A stretch of DNA of 63,334 nucleotides, the filler included, from Chiloscyllium plagiosum (lineage: Eukaryota): NCBI RefSeq assembly GCF_004010195.1. It is 5 parts of one record of this genome, joined end to end, with 100 filler letters (N's around TTAATTAATTAA, not from the genome) between each part and the next. Parts side by side here need not be neighbours in the genome. Positions count along the whole stretch, not along the records: positions 23,684 to 39,445 come from NC_057714.1; 4 more parts are not named here. One strand, 5' to 3'. The position numbers and the translations under genes are program-made. The notes under the pieces are model-generated. The model saw only the letters and a program-made list of their open reading frames with translations. It did no database searches and had not been told where the DNA came from. Positions 25,497 through 35,498 of the stretch are shown here, in pieces. Each line of letters opens with the position of its first letter. Position 1 is the first letter of the stretch.

Positions 25497-25620
25497 CAGA
25501 GGAACCTCAATTATCCAAAGGCGATGGTTTTTGTTTGGATAATTGATTATTCGGATAATTGATTTGACCTTAAACAAAGGAAGCCAAATGAGCATAATTG
25601 CATTAAAAAGCATGTTTATG
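25497..25620. mobile_element. Tc1/mariner-pogo (Tigger-like) terminal fragment
   Basis: TA|CAGAGGAACCTCAATTATCC resembles pogo/Tigger TIRs and is followed by internal GGATAATTGA repeats. No partner TIR was seen. Confidence 0.5.
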
Positions 25621-25624
25621 GACT

Positions 25625-28600
25625 CGGCAAGATGGCAGCGATTCTGTAGAACTGATGTGGACAGCACTGCCTAACAGCCAAGGCATACTGGTGTTTTTTG
25701 CCATCCCTGGCCAACTTATGTGGTGGAATTATTAGTTTAAAACCTTACAGAACACATATTTGTTAATATTTGGGAGCGGGAAGGATGCCAAAGGGAAAAG
25801 GAACAAGCAAACAGCAGCAGGGAGGACATTCCCCTGCAGCACCTACCACACCAGAGACTGCAGCAGCTGCAGCTTCTCCTTAACGCCCCCGGGGATCTGA
25901 CAGACTCGCAGGAATTGGCTGCGGTGATGGACAAACTTACCTTGAAAGTTGCAGCTGCGATTGAGGAGATCCGTGGGGATGTTCATGCCCAGGTCCAACC
26001 TATCGCATGCATGCTGCAGAAGCACGAGCAGGAGATCCAGGGCCTCAGGGAGCAGCTGGAGGAGGTGGACGGTCAAACTAAGGCCTCAGAAGCTGTGATG
26101 GAGTCCTCATCCAGTCGGATCCAGGTGCTGGAGTGAGAGTTGCGGGCCTTGCGAGACCATATCGACGACCTCGAAAATCAAGGTCAGAGGGATAAATCTC
26201 CGAATTGTTGGGCTCCCTGAAGGTGAGGAAGGTGAGCAGCCAGTCAGCTTCTTTGAAAACTGGCTGCCGAAGTTTTTGGACCTTCACATCAAGTCCAGCA
26301 GGCTACAGATTGAAAGGGCTTATCGGGTTACAGTGCACTGGTGCAGCATCCCCGCCCGGTCCTAGTGCACGTCCATTCATATAAGGACAAGCCAAAAGTC
26401 ATAGAAGCTTCCAGATCCCTGGGAAAAGATCCGCAGGCGCTGCTGTACAAGGGGTCAAAAATCATGTTTTCCAGGATTTTTCAGCAGCTGTAATTCGAAA
26501 GAGGAAGTCCTTCGATGAAGTTAAAAAGAGGCTAAGGAACCTAGGCATCCAGTACTCCTTGAGATACCCCACAGTGCTCCATTTCAGCCACAAGGACTCA
26601 GGAAAAAAACTTGACTCAGCGGATAAAGCTAAAAACTTTGTAGACACTTTAAAATAGACAGATTGGCCTGAAGAATAGTGTTAATGTTTGTTCTCTTTTC
26701 TATCTTTCCCCATGTTTTCCCTTCCTTTTTTTTAAAATTCCTTTCTTTCTCCCTAATAATTTCCTTTTTGGAAAAGGGGGAAAAGACCTTGGAATAAGTT
26801 GTTCCTTTTTTTTAACAACTGGATTTTCTGATGGGAAATTTTGTGGATGTTCTTTGTTGTCTCTCCCCTTTTTTTTGTTTCTTCTTTTCCTCTTTTAGTC
26901 ACAATTCGGGGTGACTTGAAGCCAGTGATGGGTGGAGTGCTCATCCTGACTTGGTCTTTTTTCTGTTGATTTAAGGATCATCTCCTTGTTTTTTCTTCTG
27001 GCCTAAGGCTGGGGCACAGTCCGGGTTCAAAGGAGCTGTGAAGGAGAGGATGGGTAGGGGGAGTGCCCCCTATGGGCAGGGTGGAAGAGTCTTCCATTCA
27101 AAGTTATATAGTTGGTTTTTTTTGTAGTGTTTTTGGTAGTAATAGTTGTTTATAGTTATGATAGAGTAGTTTTTGTATATACAGTTCTTCGACTCTATGA
27201 GTCTTTATTTACTTATGCTCGGTGCTTTGTAAGCAGGTTTCTCCCTTCCAGGGTTTCAAGGGTCTCTGAAAGGGGATATGGCTACGTGTCTTATTAAATG
27301 GTGCACTTGGAACATTAAGGGAAGTCATTCGCCTGTTAAAAGGAAAAAAGTGCTTTCTAGCCTTAAGAGGGAAAGGATTGATATCGCTTTGTTGCTGGAA
27401 ACCCATCTTGACAATGGAGAAAACCTGAAATTACAACAGGGGAGTTATGACCGGGTATTCTTTTCATCCCTTACTACTAAAAGTAGGGGAGTGGCAGTAC
27501 TTATCCAGAAAAATCTTCTGTTTACATTATTAGAGCAGGGGCGGTTTATGATACTTAAAGCCCTGATACATGAGGAGGAATATGGCATTTTAAATGTCTA
27601 CTGTCCTCCGGCACATCCCCTCAAATTTTTGATTAGTGCTTTCTCTAAGTTGAGTGCTTTTGGAACACGGCACATTATTATGTTGGGGGGGGGATTTTAA
27701 TTGTCTTTTGGATCTGACAGTGGACAGATGGGTCCCTTGTGGGTCCCCAACTATTTCTTCGCAGGCCAAGGAGGTGGTTGACTTATGCGAGGAGTTGGGG
27801 CTGGTGGATATTTGGAGATGTCTTCACCCTACCGGCAGGGACTTCACCTTTTCTTTCAAACCCACATAAATGTCACACGAGGATTGACTTCTTTCTGGCT
27901 CCCTTGGCCCTTCTGGATTCTATTATAGGTTGTAAAATTGGGAATATAGCTATCTCTGATCACGCAGCATTATATTTGGAGGTTATGGCCAAGAGTGAGG
28001 GGCTAGGTTTGCAACACTGATGTTTGGACCCTTTTCTCCTTAAGGATTCCAAATTTGTGGAATACTATTCGAAGGAGTTTCAGGAATTCTTGACTATCAA
28101 CTCAGGCACGGCTAATAGTCCATCTATGCTATGGGAGACTGCTAAGGCCTTTGCTAGGGGATTAGCTATTTCCTATTCGGCAAGCCGGAAACGACAGAAG
28201 GAGGGCCAGAAGTGTCTACTTGAGACGTGGTTGAAAGCCTTCGGTGACTAAGCTACAGCTGGTCACGGCCCTCTGGGCTGCCTTGAATTCAATACTGACA
28301 CAAAACACAAAGAAAGAATTTGCTTTTGCTAGACAAAGGTTGTTCGAATATGGGAATAAGCCAGGGAAGTATTTAGCGTACCTGACTAGGGAAAAGCGTT
28401 CTCCCCAATCCATTACTGCAATCAGAGACAGCGCGGGGTCCTTACATACGATGCAAAAAAAATTAATGAGACTTTTCAGAGCTTTTACTCTGAATTGTAT
28501 TGGTCTGACAGTTGCGAGGACAGGAGGACTAAAATGGAGACCTTTTGTAAGAACCTGGGCCTCCCAAGGGTAACCTTGGAACAGGCCTCTCTCCTTAATA

Positions 28601-29175
28601 CCCCCTTGACAGTTCAGGAAATACAGGAGGCAGCTAGGCAGCATCAGAGTGGGAAAGTGCCTCGCCCTGATGGTTTCCCGGGTGAGTTTTATAAGGAGTT
28701 TATAGGGATTCTGTCAGGGCCAATGTTGGAGATGAACAGTCACTCCTATATGCATGAATGCCAACCACCATCTTTGATAGAAGCTAATATTTCCCTAATT
28801 CTTAAGAAGGGGAATGTTCCTGAGGATTGTGCCTCATACAGGCCCATCTCTCTATTAAATTCAGATTTCAAGATTCTGTCCAAGATCCTGGCACTGAGAT
28901 TGGAAAGGGTGTTGCCCCATATTATTAAACAGGACCAGACAGGCTTTATAAGGGGCCTTAGGTCCTCTAATAATATTAGAAGGTTACTGAATATGGTCCA
29001 AGTTTGTCAGCAACGATCGCTTCAGGGGTTGGTGATTTCCTTAGATGCAGAGAAAGCATTTAACAGGGTGGAATGGCCGTATATTTTTTATATCTTAGAA
29101 CAGTTTGAGTTGTGGATTCTTTACTAGGTGGCTAGAGGTTTTATATCGCCACCCTTTGGCCGTGGTCATCACCAA
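25625..29175 (+). mobile_element. L1/Tx1-clade LINE, 5'-intact and 3'-truncated, decayed
   Basis: 5' CAAGATGGC motif. ORF1 about 25785-26658 (coiled coil, RIVGLPEGEEG, VFQDFS). T-rich inter-ORF. ORF2 from 27278 (TWNIKG, LLETHL, GGDFN, ISDH, YRPISLLNSDFKIL, SLDAEKAF). Confidence 0.92.
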
Positions 29176-29235
29176 TGTGCCCGTGTGTGTGTCTGTGACT
29201 GTGGCTGTGTGTGAGAGTGTGTGTGTGTCTGTGGC

Positions 29236-29270
<35 letters not shown>

Positions 29271-29302
29271 CTGTGGCTCTGTGTGTGTGTGTCTGTGCCT
29301 GT
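29176..29302. repeat. Imperfect (TG)n microsatellite
   Basis: Direct reading. Confidence 0.95.
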
Positions 29303-29304
29303 AT

Positions 29305-30005
29305 ATAACTACCTGGATTATCCCTGATACTCTTCTTAAACAAGGGACAACATTAGCAATTCTCCAGGTCTCTGAGACCTCACCCATGTTCAAGGCACCA
29401 GTCAGATCACAGCTGCAAAGATGTGAACTGTTTTGGGCTACAAATCTATGGAAAAGTACATTGGCATAGGAGGCAGTCCGGAGAAGGCTCACTAGGTTAA
29501 TCCTGAGCATTTATTATGAGTTTTATTATGGGTTTTATTATGAGTACAAGTTGAGTAGATTGGGTTTGGAGTTTAGAAGAATGAGAGGAGCTCTTGAAGG
29601 AACAACCAAGTTCCTCAGGGAACTTCACAGGGTAGATGCAAAGAGCTTGTTTTCTCTTGTGGGAGAGAAGAGCAGGGAAAATAGTTTCAGAATAAGGAGA
29701 CACCCATTTAAAACAATGATGAGCAGGATTTCTCTCTTAATAACTCAGCCCACTGCAGTAAATGATTCCAGAACGCTCTGAATCTGCAGAATCATTTACC
29801 ATAGAGGACTGTGGAGGCTAGGCCATTAAGTATATTCCACTTAATAGAAGTAGACAGGTTTCTAATTATTAAGGTTGATGGGAGTAAAGCTATAAAGTGG
29901 AATTGAAGATTATCAGATTAGTTTGATCTCATTGGATGGCACAGTGGTTCCAATGGGCACGGCCTATGTCTACTCCTACATCTTATGGTCTTTTGATCTT
30001 ATGAT
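29305..30005. mobile_element. Old CR1 fragments (short minus-strand RT piece, then a plus-strand 3' end)
   Basis: WRIANVVP/FKK..RDNPGSY on the minus strand, then plus-strand 3' UTR ending TCTTATGGTCTT. Confidence 0.7.
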
Positions 30006-30020
30006 CTATCCCCAGAATTT

Positions 30021-30326
30021 GGGGCAGCATGGTGGCTCAGTGGTTAGCACTGCTGCCTCACAGCACCAGGGACCTGGGTTTGATTCCCGCTTCAGGTGAC
30101 TGTCTGTGTGGAGTTTGTACATTCTCCCCGTGTCTGTGTGGGTTTCCACCGGTTTTCTCCCACAGTCCAAAGATGTGCAGGTCAGGTGAATTGGCCATGC
30201 TAAATTGACCATAGTGTTCAGTGCATTAGTCAGAGGGAATGGGTCTGGGTGGGTTACTCTTTGGAGGGTTGGTGTAGACTTGTTGGGTCGAAGGACCTGT
30301 TTCCAGACTGTAGGGAATCTAATCTC
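30021..30326 (+). mobile_element. Full-length HE1/V-SINE-type SINE
   Basis: A box GGGGCAGCATGGTGGCTCAGTGGTTAGCAC, B box GGTTTGATTCC, tail GGGAATCTAATCT. Confidence 0.92.
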
Positions 30327-30329
30327 ATT

Positions 30330-30506
30330 TGCTCTCTAAACCTTCCTTCTCTCTCCTCAACGTTTACCTTTTGAGCAAGGTTTTGATCTCATTCTATAGC
30401 TGTTTTCTGCCTCTCAGTCTAAGAATTTGTTTTTTATAGTGAACATTCCTGTGAAGTATTTTGGGATGATTTGCTACATTAAAGGAGCTATATAAATTCA
30501 AGTTGT
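30330..30506 (+). mobile_element. Old L2-type LINE/SINE 3' tail
   Basis: CCTGTGAAGTATTTTGGGATG..TAAAGGAGCTATATAAATTCAAGTTGT. A reverse-strand relative lies at about 61062-61100. Confidence 0.55.
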
Positions 30507-30894
30507 AAACTGTAAACTCTAGCTTCCAAGAAGGCGATGAATGACTGCTGATGGTTATCCTGATGGCATGCCCAACCCAAGGCTGTCATGAAAGAACAAG
30601 CTGCAATCTAAACACCACCCATAACGATTTCTCCAGTCTGTCAGCTCGCGCGATTACATTACCTCATCTGTCACATACCCTCATTTTTGTAACAAAGTTG
30701 TGAAAAATAATACCGAATGCCTTCTGAAATTCCATTTGCAAAATATTAGTCCCTTTATCTGTCCAGCTCACTGCTTCTTCAAAATAAATCAACTCAAACC
30801 CAAAATGTTAACTCCATTTCATTCTCCACAGATGATGCCAGAATTTTCTGCTTCCAGATTTCCAGCGTCTGTAATGATTTGCATTTACAGTAAT

Positions 30895-31545
30895 AGTTAT
30901 TCACAAGTGGATAAGGTGGTCAAAAAGGCATATGGCATGCTTGCATTCATTGGTTGGGGCACAGGGTATAAAAATTGGCAAGTCATTTTGCAGCTGTGTA
31001 AAATTTTGGTTAGGCCACATTTGTTATATTGTGTACAGTTCCTATCTCCACGCTGCCAGAAGGATGTGGAGGTTTCGTAGAGGGTACAGAAATGGTTTAC
31101 CGGGATGTTGCCTGGTTTGGAGGGTATTAGCTACGAGGACAGACTGGATGAACTTAGCTTGTTTTTGTTTGAATGTTGAACCACAGGGTTAGGTGGGGGG
31201 GGGGGGGCGACTTGATAGATGTTTTCAAAATAATGGAGAGAATGGATAGTATTTTTCCCAGGATAGAAATGTCAATTATTAGCGAACATAGACTTAAGAT
31301 AAAAGGGAGTAAGTTTAAAGGAGATGAGAGATGCAGTTTTTCTACACAGAGAGTAGTAGATGCCTGGAATGCACTGCCACAGAAGCTGGTAGAGACAGAT
31401 ACAATAGCAATGTTTAAGAGGCATCTTGACAGAAATATGAATATGGGGATATGGACAGTATTTTTAGTTCAGAAAGGCGTCATCTACTGGCACAGTCTTT
31501 CTGAGCCAAAGGGCTTGTTCCTGCGCTGTTCAGTTCTTTGTTAAA
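30895..31545 (+). mobile_element. CR1 3' fragment
   Basis: QVDKVVKKAYGMLAFI..LVRPHL..FSTQRVVDAWNALP. Confidence 0.88.
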
Positions 31546-31837
31546 ATAGTACAATTGGAACTATAATTAGTTTAAGTACAACCTGCCCCTGTTCTTTGCA
31601 AGCGAGATCTGTATTTGTCATTCTTCTCCTCCCCTCCATCCACCCTACAAAACAATTGTTGACATGGATTAAATATTTTATTTCCTGGTTATATTCCTAG
31701 AATTTTCTGTTTGCACACCTCCAATTCCTCATGAATTGTTCACCTCTGTAACAAAGGACAGGACGGAATGGTGGAGGCACACACATTAGTATCTGATAAC
31801 CAAAGAGTAATTACGTATTGTATTCAGGTGAAGAAGC

Positions 31838-33830
31838 TGTATTCAGCGGTGAAGGAGGCCCAGGACCTCCATGTCCTCGGCAGAGTGGGAGGGGGAGTTG
31901 AAATGTTGGGCCACGGGGCGGTGTGGTTGATTGGTGCAGGTGTCCCGGAGATGTTCCCTAAAGCGCTCTGCTAGGAGGCGTCCAGTTTCCCCAATGTAGA
32001 GGTGACCGCATCGGGAACAACGGATACAATAAATGATATTGGTGGATGTGCAGGTAAAACCTTGATGGATGTGGAAGGCTCCTTTAGGGCCTTGGATGGA
32101 GGTGAGGGAGGAGGTGTGGGCGCAGGTTTTGCAATTCCTGCTGTAGCAGGGGAAGGCGTTTGACCAACTGTATGACCATCAAGCCAGCAGATAAAGGGGG
32201 CGCAGTGGTAGTCTGGCACACTGACCTCTACACCGCTGAAGCTAAACGCCAACTCGAGGACACCTCTTCCTACCGCCTCCTTGACCATGACCCCACACCC
32301 CATCACCAAATCACCATCTCCCAGACCATACAGAATCTCATCACCTCAGGAGATCTCCCACCCACAGCTTCCAACCTCATAGTCCGGGAACCCGGCACTG
32401 CCTGGTTCTACCTTCTTCCCAAGATCCACAAGCCTGACCACCCTGGCCAACCCATTGTCTCAGCATGCTCCTGCCCCACTGAACTCCTGTCTACCTACCT
32501 CGACACTGTCCTATCCCCCCTAGTCCAGGAACTCCCCAATACGTTCGAGACACCCCACTGAACTTATCTCTACTTACCCTCGACACTGTCCTATCCCCCC
32601 TAGTCCAGGAACTCCCCACATACGTTCGAAACACCACCCACACACTCCATCTCCTCCAAGACTTCTGTTTCCCAGGCCCCCAAAGCCTCATCTTCACCAT
32701 GGATATCCAATCCCTCTACACCTCCATCCGCCATGACCAGGGCCTCCAAGCCCTCCATTTTTTCCTCTCCAGACGTCCCCAACAGTACCCTTCCACCGAC
32801 ACTCTCATTCGTTTGGCCAAACTGGTCCTCACCCTTAACAATTTCTCCTTCGGATCCTCCCACTTCCTCCAGACCAAAGGGGTAGCCATGGGCACACATA
32901 TGGGCCCCAGCTATGCCTTTCTCTTTGCTGGCTATGCAGAACAGTGATATTCCATAATTACACTGGCACCACTCCCCACCTCTTCCACCAATACATTGAT
33001 GACTGCATTGGTGCCACCTCGTGCTCCCGCAAGGAGGTTGAGCAATTCATCAACTTCACCAACACATTCCACCCTGACCTCAAATTTACCTGGGCCAGCT
33101 CTGACACCTCCCTCCCCTTCCTGGACCTCTCCATCTCCATTAATGACAACCGATTTGACACTGACATTTTTTACAAACTCACCGACTCCCACAGCTACCT
33201 GGATTACACTTATTCCCACTCTACCTCTTGCAAAAATGACATCCCGTATTCCCAATTCCTCCGCCTCCGCCGGATCTGCTCCCAGGAGGACCAGTTCCAC
33301 CACAGAACACACCAGATGACCTCCTTCTTTGGAGACCCCAATTTCCCTTCCCACGTGGTTAAAGATGCCCTCCAACGCATCTCACCCACATCCCGCACCT
33401 CCTCCCTCAGACCCACCCCTCCAACTGCAATAAGGACAGAACTCCCCTGGTGCTCACCTTCCACCCTACCAACCTTCGCATAAACCAAATCATCCACCGA
33501 CATTTCCGCCACCTCCAAAAAGACCCCACCACCAGGGATATATTTCCCTCCCCACCCTTTCCACCTTCCGCAAAGACCGTTTCCTCCGTGACTACCTGGT
33601 CAGGTCCACACCCCCCTACAACCCACCCTCCCATCCTGGCACCTTCCCCTGCCACTGCAGGAATTGCAAAACCTGCGCCCACACCTCCATCCAAGGCCCT
33701 AAAGGAGCCTTCCACATCCATTAAAGTTTTACTTGCACATCCACCAATATCATTTATTGTATCCGTTGCTCCCGATGCGGTCTCCTCTACATTGGGGAGA
33801 CTGGACGCCTCTTAGTAGAGCGCTTTAGGG
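31838..33830 (+). mobile_element. Penelope-like element coding remnant (RT plus GIY-YIG), with an inverted GIY-YIG segment at its left end
   Basis: RT motifs IKPADKGGAVVV, YLLPKIHK, MDIQSLYTSI, GVAMG, YIDD (32992-33003) and PFLD. Endonuclease CTSTNIIYCIRCSRCGLLYIGETG near 33730-33805. 31957-32157 is the reverse complement of 33640-33830. Confidence 0.93.
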
Positions 33831-34065
33831 TACAAGTTCAACATCACTTCTTGCTCTTGTGCTCTATGCCCCTTTTAATAAAGGTGAGAACACTGCATGT
33901 TATATTTACTGCTCTCTCCGAATGTACTATACCTTAAATGGTCTGTGCACATGTGCACCCAAGTCCCTCAGATCTTGCACTCCCTTTTAGAATTGTACTC
34001 CCCATTTTATGTTGTCCTTCAGTGTTCTTCTGACCAAAGTGCATGACCTTACACTTCTCGGTATG
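33831..34065 (-). mobile_element. Old CR1 RT fragment
   Basis: EKCKVMHFGQKN motif. Confidence 0.65.
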
Positions 34066-34127
34066 GATGAGAAAGTGAGGACTGCAGATGCTGGAGATCA
34101 GACTCGAAACGTGTGGCATTGGAAAGG
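34066..34127 (-). mobile_element. Short PLE extreme terminus
   Basis: GAGAAAGTGAGGACTGCAGATGCTGGAGATCA is the reverse complement of the 52325-52356 terminus. Confidence 0.7.
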
Positions 34128-34131
34128 CACA

Positions 34132-34791
34132 TGTTATAAACGTGTAGAGGTGTACCTTTAAGAGTGTGAAGGACTTAGAGAGACCCAGAGTGCTGGAGAA
34201 TTTACAATGTAACATGTGCTCCAGCAGCCAGTTGCCTGGAAAAAAAAACAAATTTGAATGCGGCCAATCAGTTTAAATTATACCCCAAAAAACCAAACTC
34301 CAATCAAGCTTGATTTCGTATATTGACAATATTAAAAGCTAATGACACAATCCAATGCTTTAGGGGAAACATGAACAGTTGGGAACAGAACTGCTAAGCC
34401 ACCAGACTGCCAGGAAAATGAGCTCTCTAAAAGGTACATTTATCTATCAATGACCGGTGAAAGAGAAATCCTAAGAAGAAGAAAATCTAGAGGAAGGTAC
34501 AAAGGGACGATACAACAGCTGCCTGGTTTGGAAATTTGAATTTTGGTAAATCTTAATCAGGGGCTTTTATTGGACTAGTATTATATAAGGGAAAATAAAC
34601 AATAGGTTAGAGGAATGAGTTGTAAATAATTGTTAGTTAATTAATCTTTGCTATACTTTAAGAAATAAAGTTATTACTTTTTACTTTAAATAGTTCTTGA
34701 ACTCTCGAATCTTCATAGATTACTATACGGAATAAATATTTCTGTGCTGCTGGTTTAAATTAACAAGAATGATTTACCCAATGTTGTAACA
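34132..34791 (+). mobile_element. 5' LTR of a Gmr1-like Gypsy element
   Basis: TGTTA...TAACA termini, internal AATAAA signals, and immediately downstream PBS-like sequence and gag. Confidence 0.75.
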
Positions 34792-34795
34792 GGTT

Positions 34796-34820
34796 TGGAG
34801 GCTCATCGTTGGGATTTGAA
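34796..34820 (+). promoter_or_regulatory. Primer-binding site, tRNA-Pro-like (first of several tandem copies)
   Basis: TGGAGGCTCATCGTTGGGATTTGAA compared with the tRNA-Pro complement TGGGGGCTCGTCCGGGATTTGAA; begins 5 nt after the LTR end. Confidence 0.65.
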
Positions 34821-35183
34821 TGGTTTGGGGGCTTTTGTCCACGATTTGAACAGTTTGGGCCTTGGATTTCTGATTTGAACTGCTTTAGACAGATTTGAAT
34901 AGATTTGGGGGTACGAAAAGTCCAAGCAGTTTTAAACACTTGCAAGTTAGTGTCCTCGATTTTCAAATAATGTGTAGGTGAGACAATTTGTTTAATTTCA
35001 GTGGCTTATGGTTAACTAAAAGTGAGAGAAGTGGCCCTCAAAATTGCTAAGGAGATTCTGGGATTTGAAGATGATTCTCAAATTTGCCAAGAAAGTTCAG
35101 AAGGACAGAAAAAGGCCATACTTTTAGAATTAGAAAAGAAATTAGATTTGGGTTTAACCAAGGACAAAAGTAAAGCTGAAATT

Positions 35184-35498
35184 NNNNNNNNNNNNNNNNN
35201 NNNNNNNNNNNNNNNNNNNNNNNNNNNNNNNNNNNNNNNNNNNNNNNNNNNNNNNNNNNNNNNNNNNNNNNNNNNNNNNNNNNNNNNNNNNNNNNNNNNN
35301 NNNNNNNNNNNNNNNNNNNNNNNNNNNNNNNNNNNNNNNNNNNNNNNNNNNNNNNNNNNNNNNNNNNNNNNNNNNNNNNNNNNNNNNNNNNNNNNNNNNN
35401 NNNNNNNNNNNNNNNNNNNNNNNNNNNNNNNNNNNNNNNNNNNNNNNNNNNNNNNNNNNNNNNNNNNNNNNNNNNNNNNNNNNNNNNNNNNNNNNNNN
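35184..35498. other. Assembly gap (N run)
   Basis: Continuous N. Confidence 0.99.

Noticed and set aside
29095..29510. His/Thr- and Cys/Val-rich ORFs
   Set aside because: Translations of the (TG)n microsatellite.
30021..30100. tRNA gene (also 12655-12731 and 12252-12320)
   Set aside because: The A/B boxes are heads of SINE or LINE copies and run straight into element bodies; no complete cloverleaf is evident.
34791..34915. CRISPR-like repeat-spacer array (also 50908-51136 and 60199-60520)
   Set aside because: Vertebrate DNA, degenerate tandem units without unique spacers, and no cas genes.
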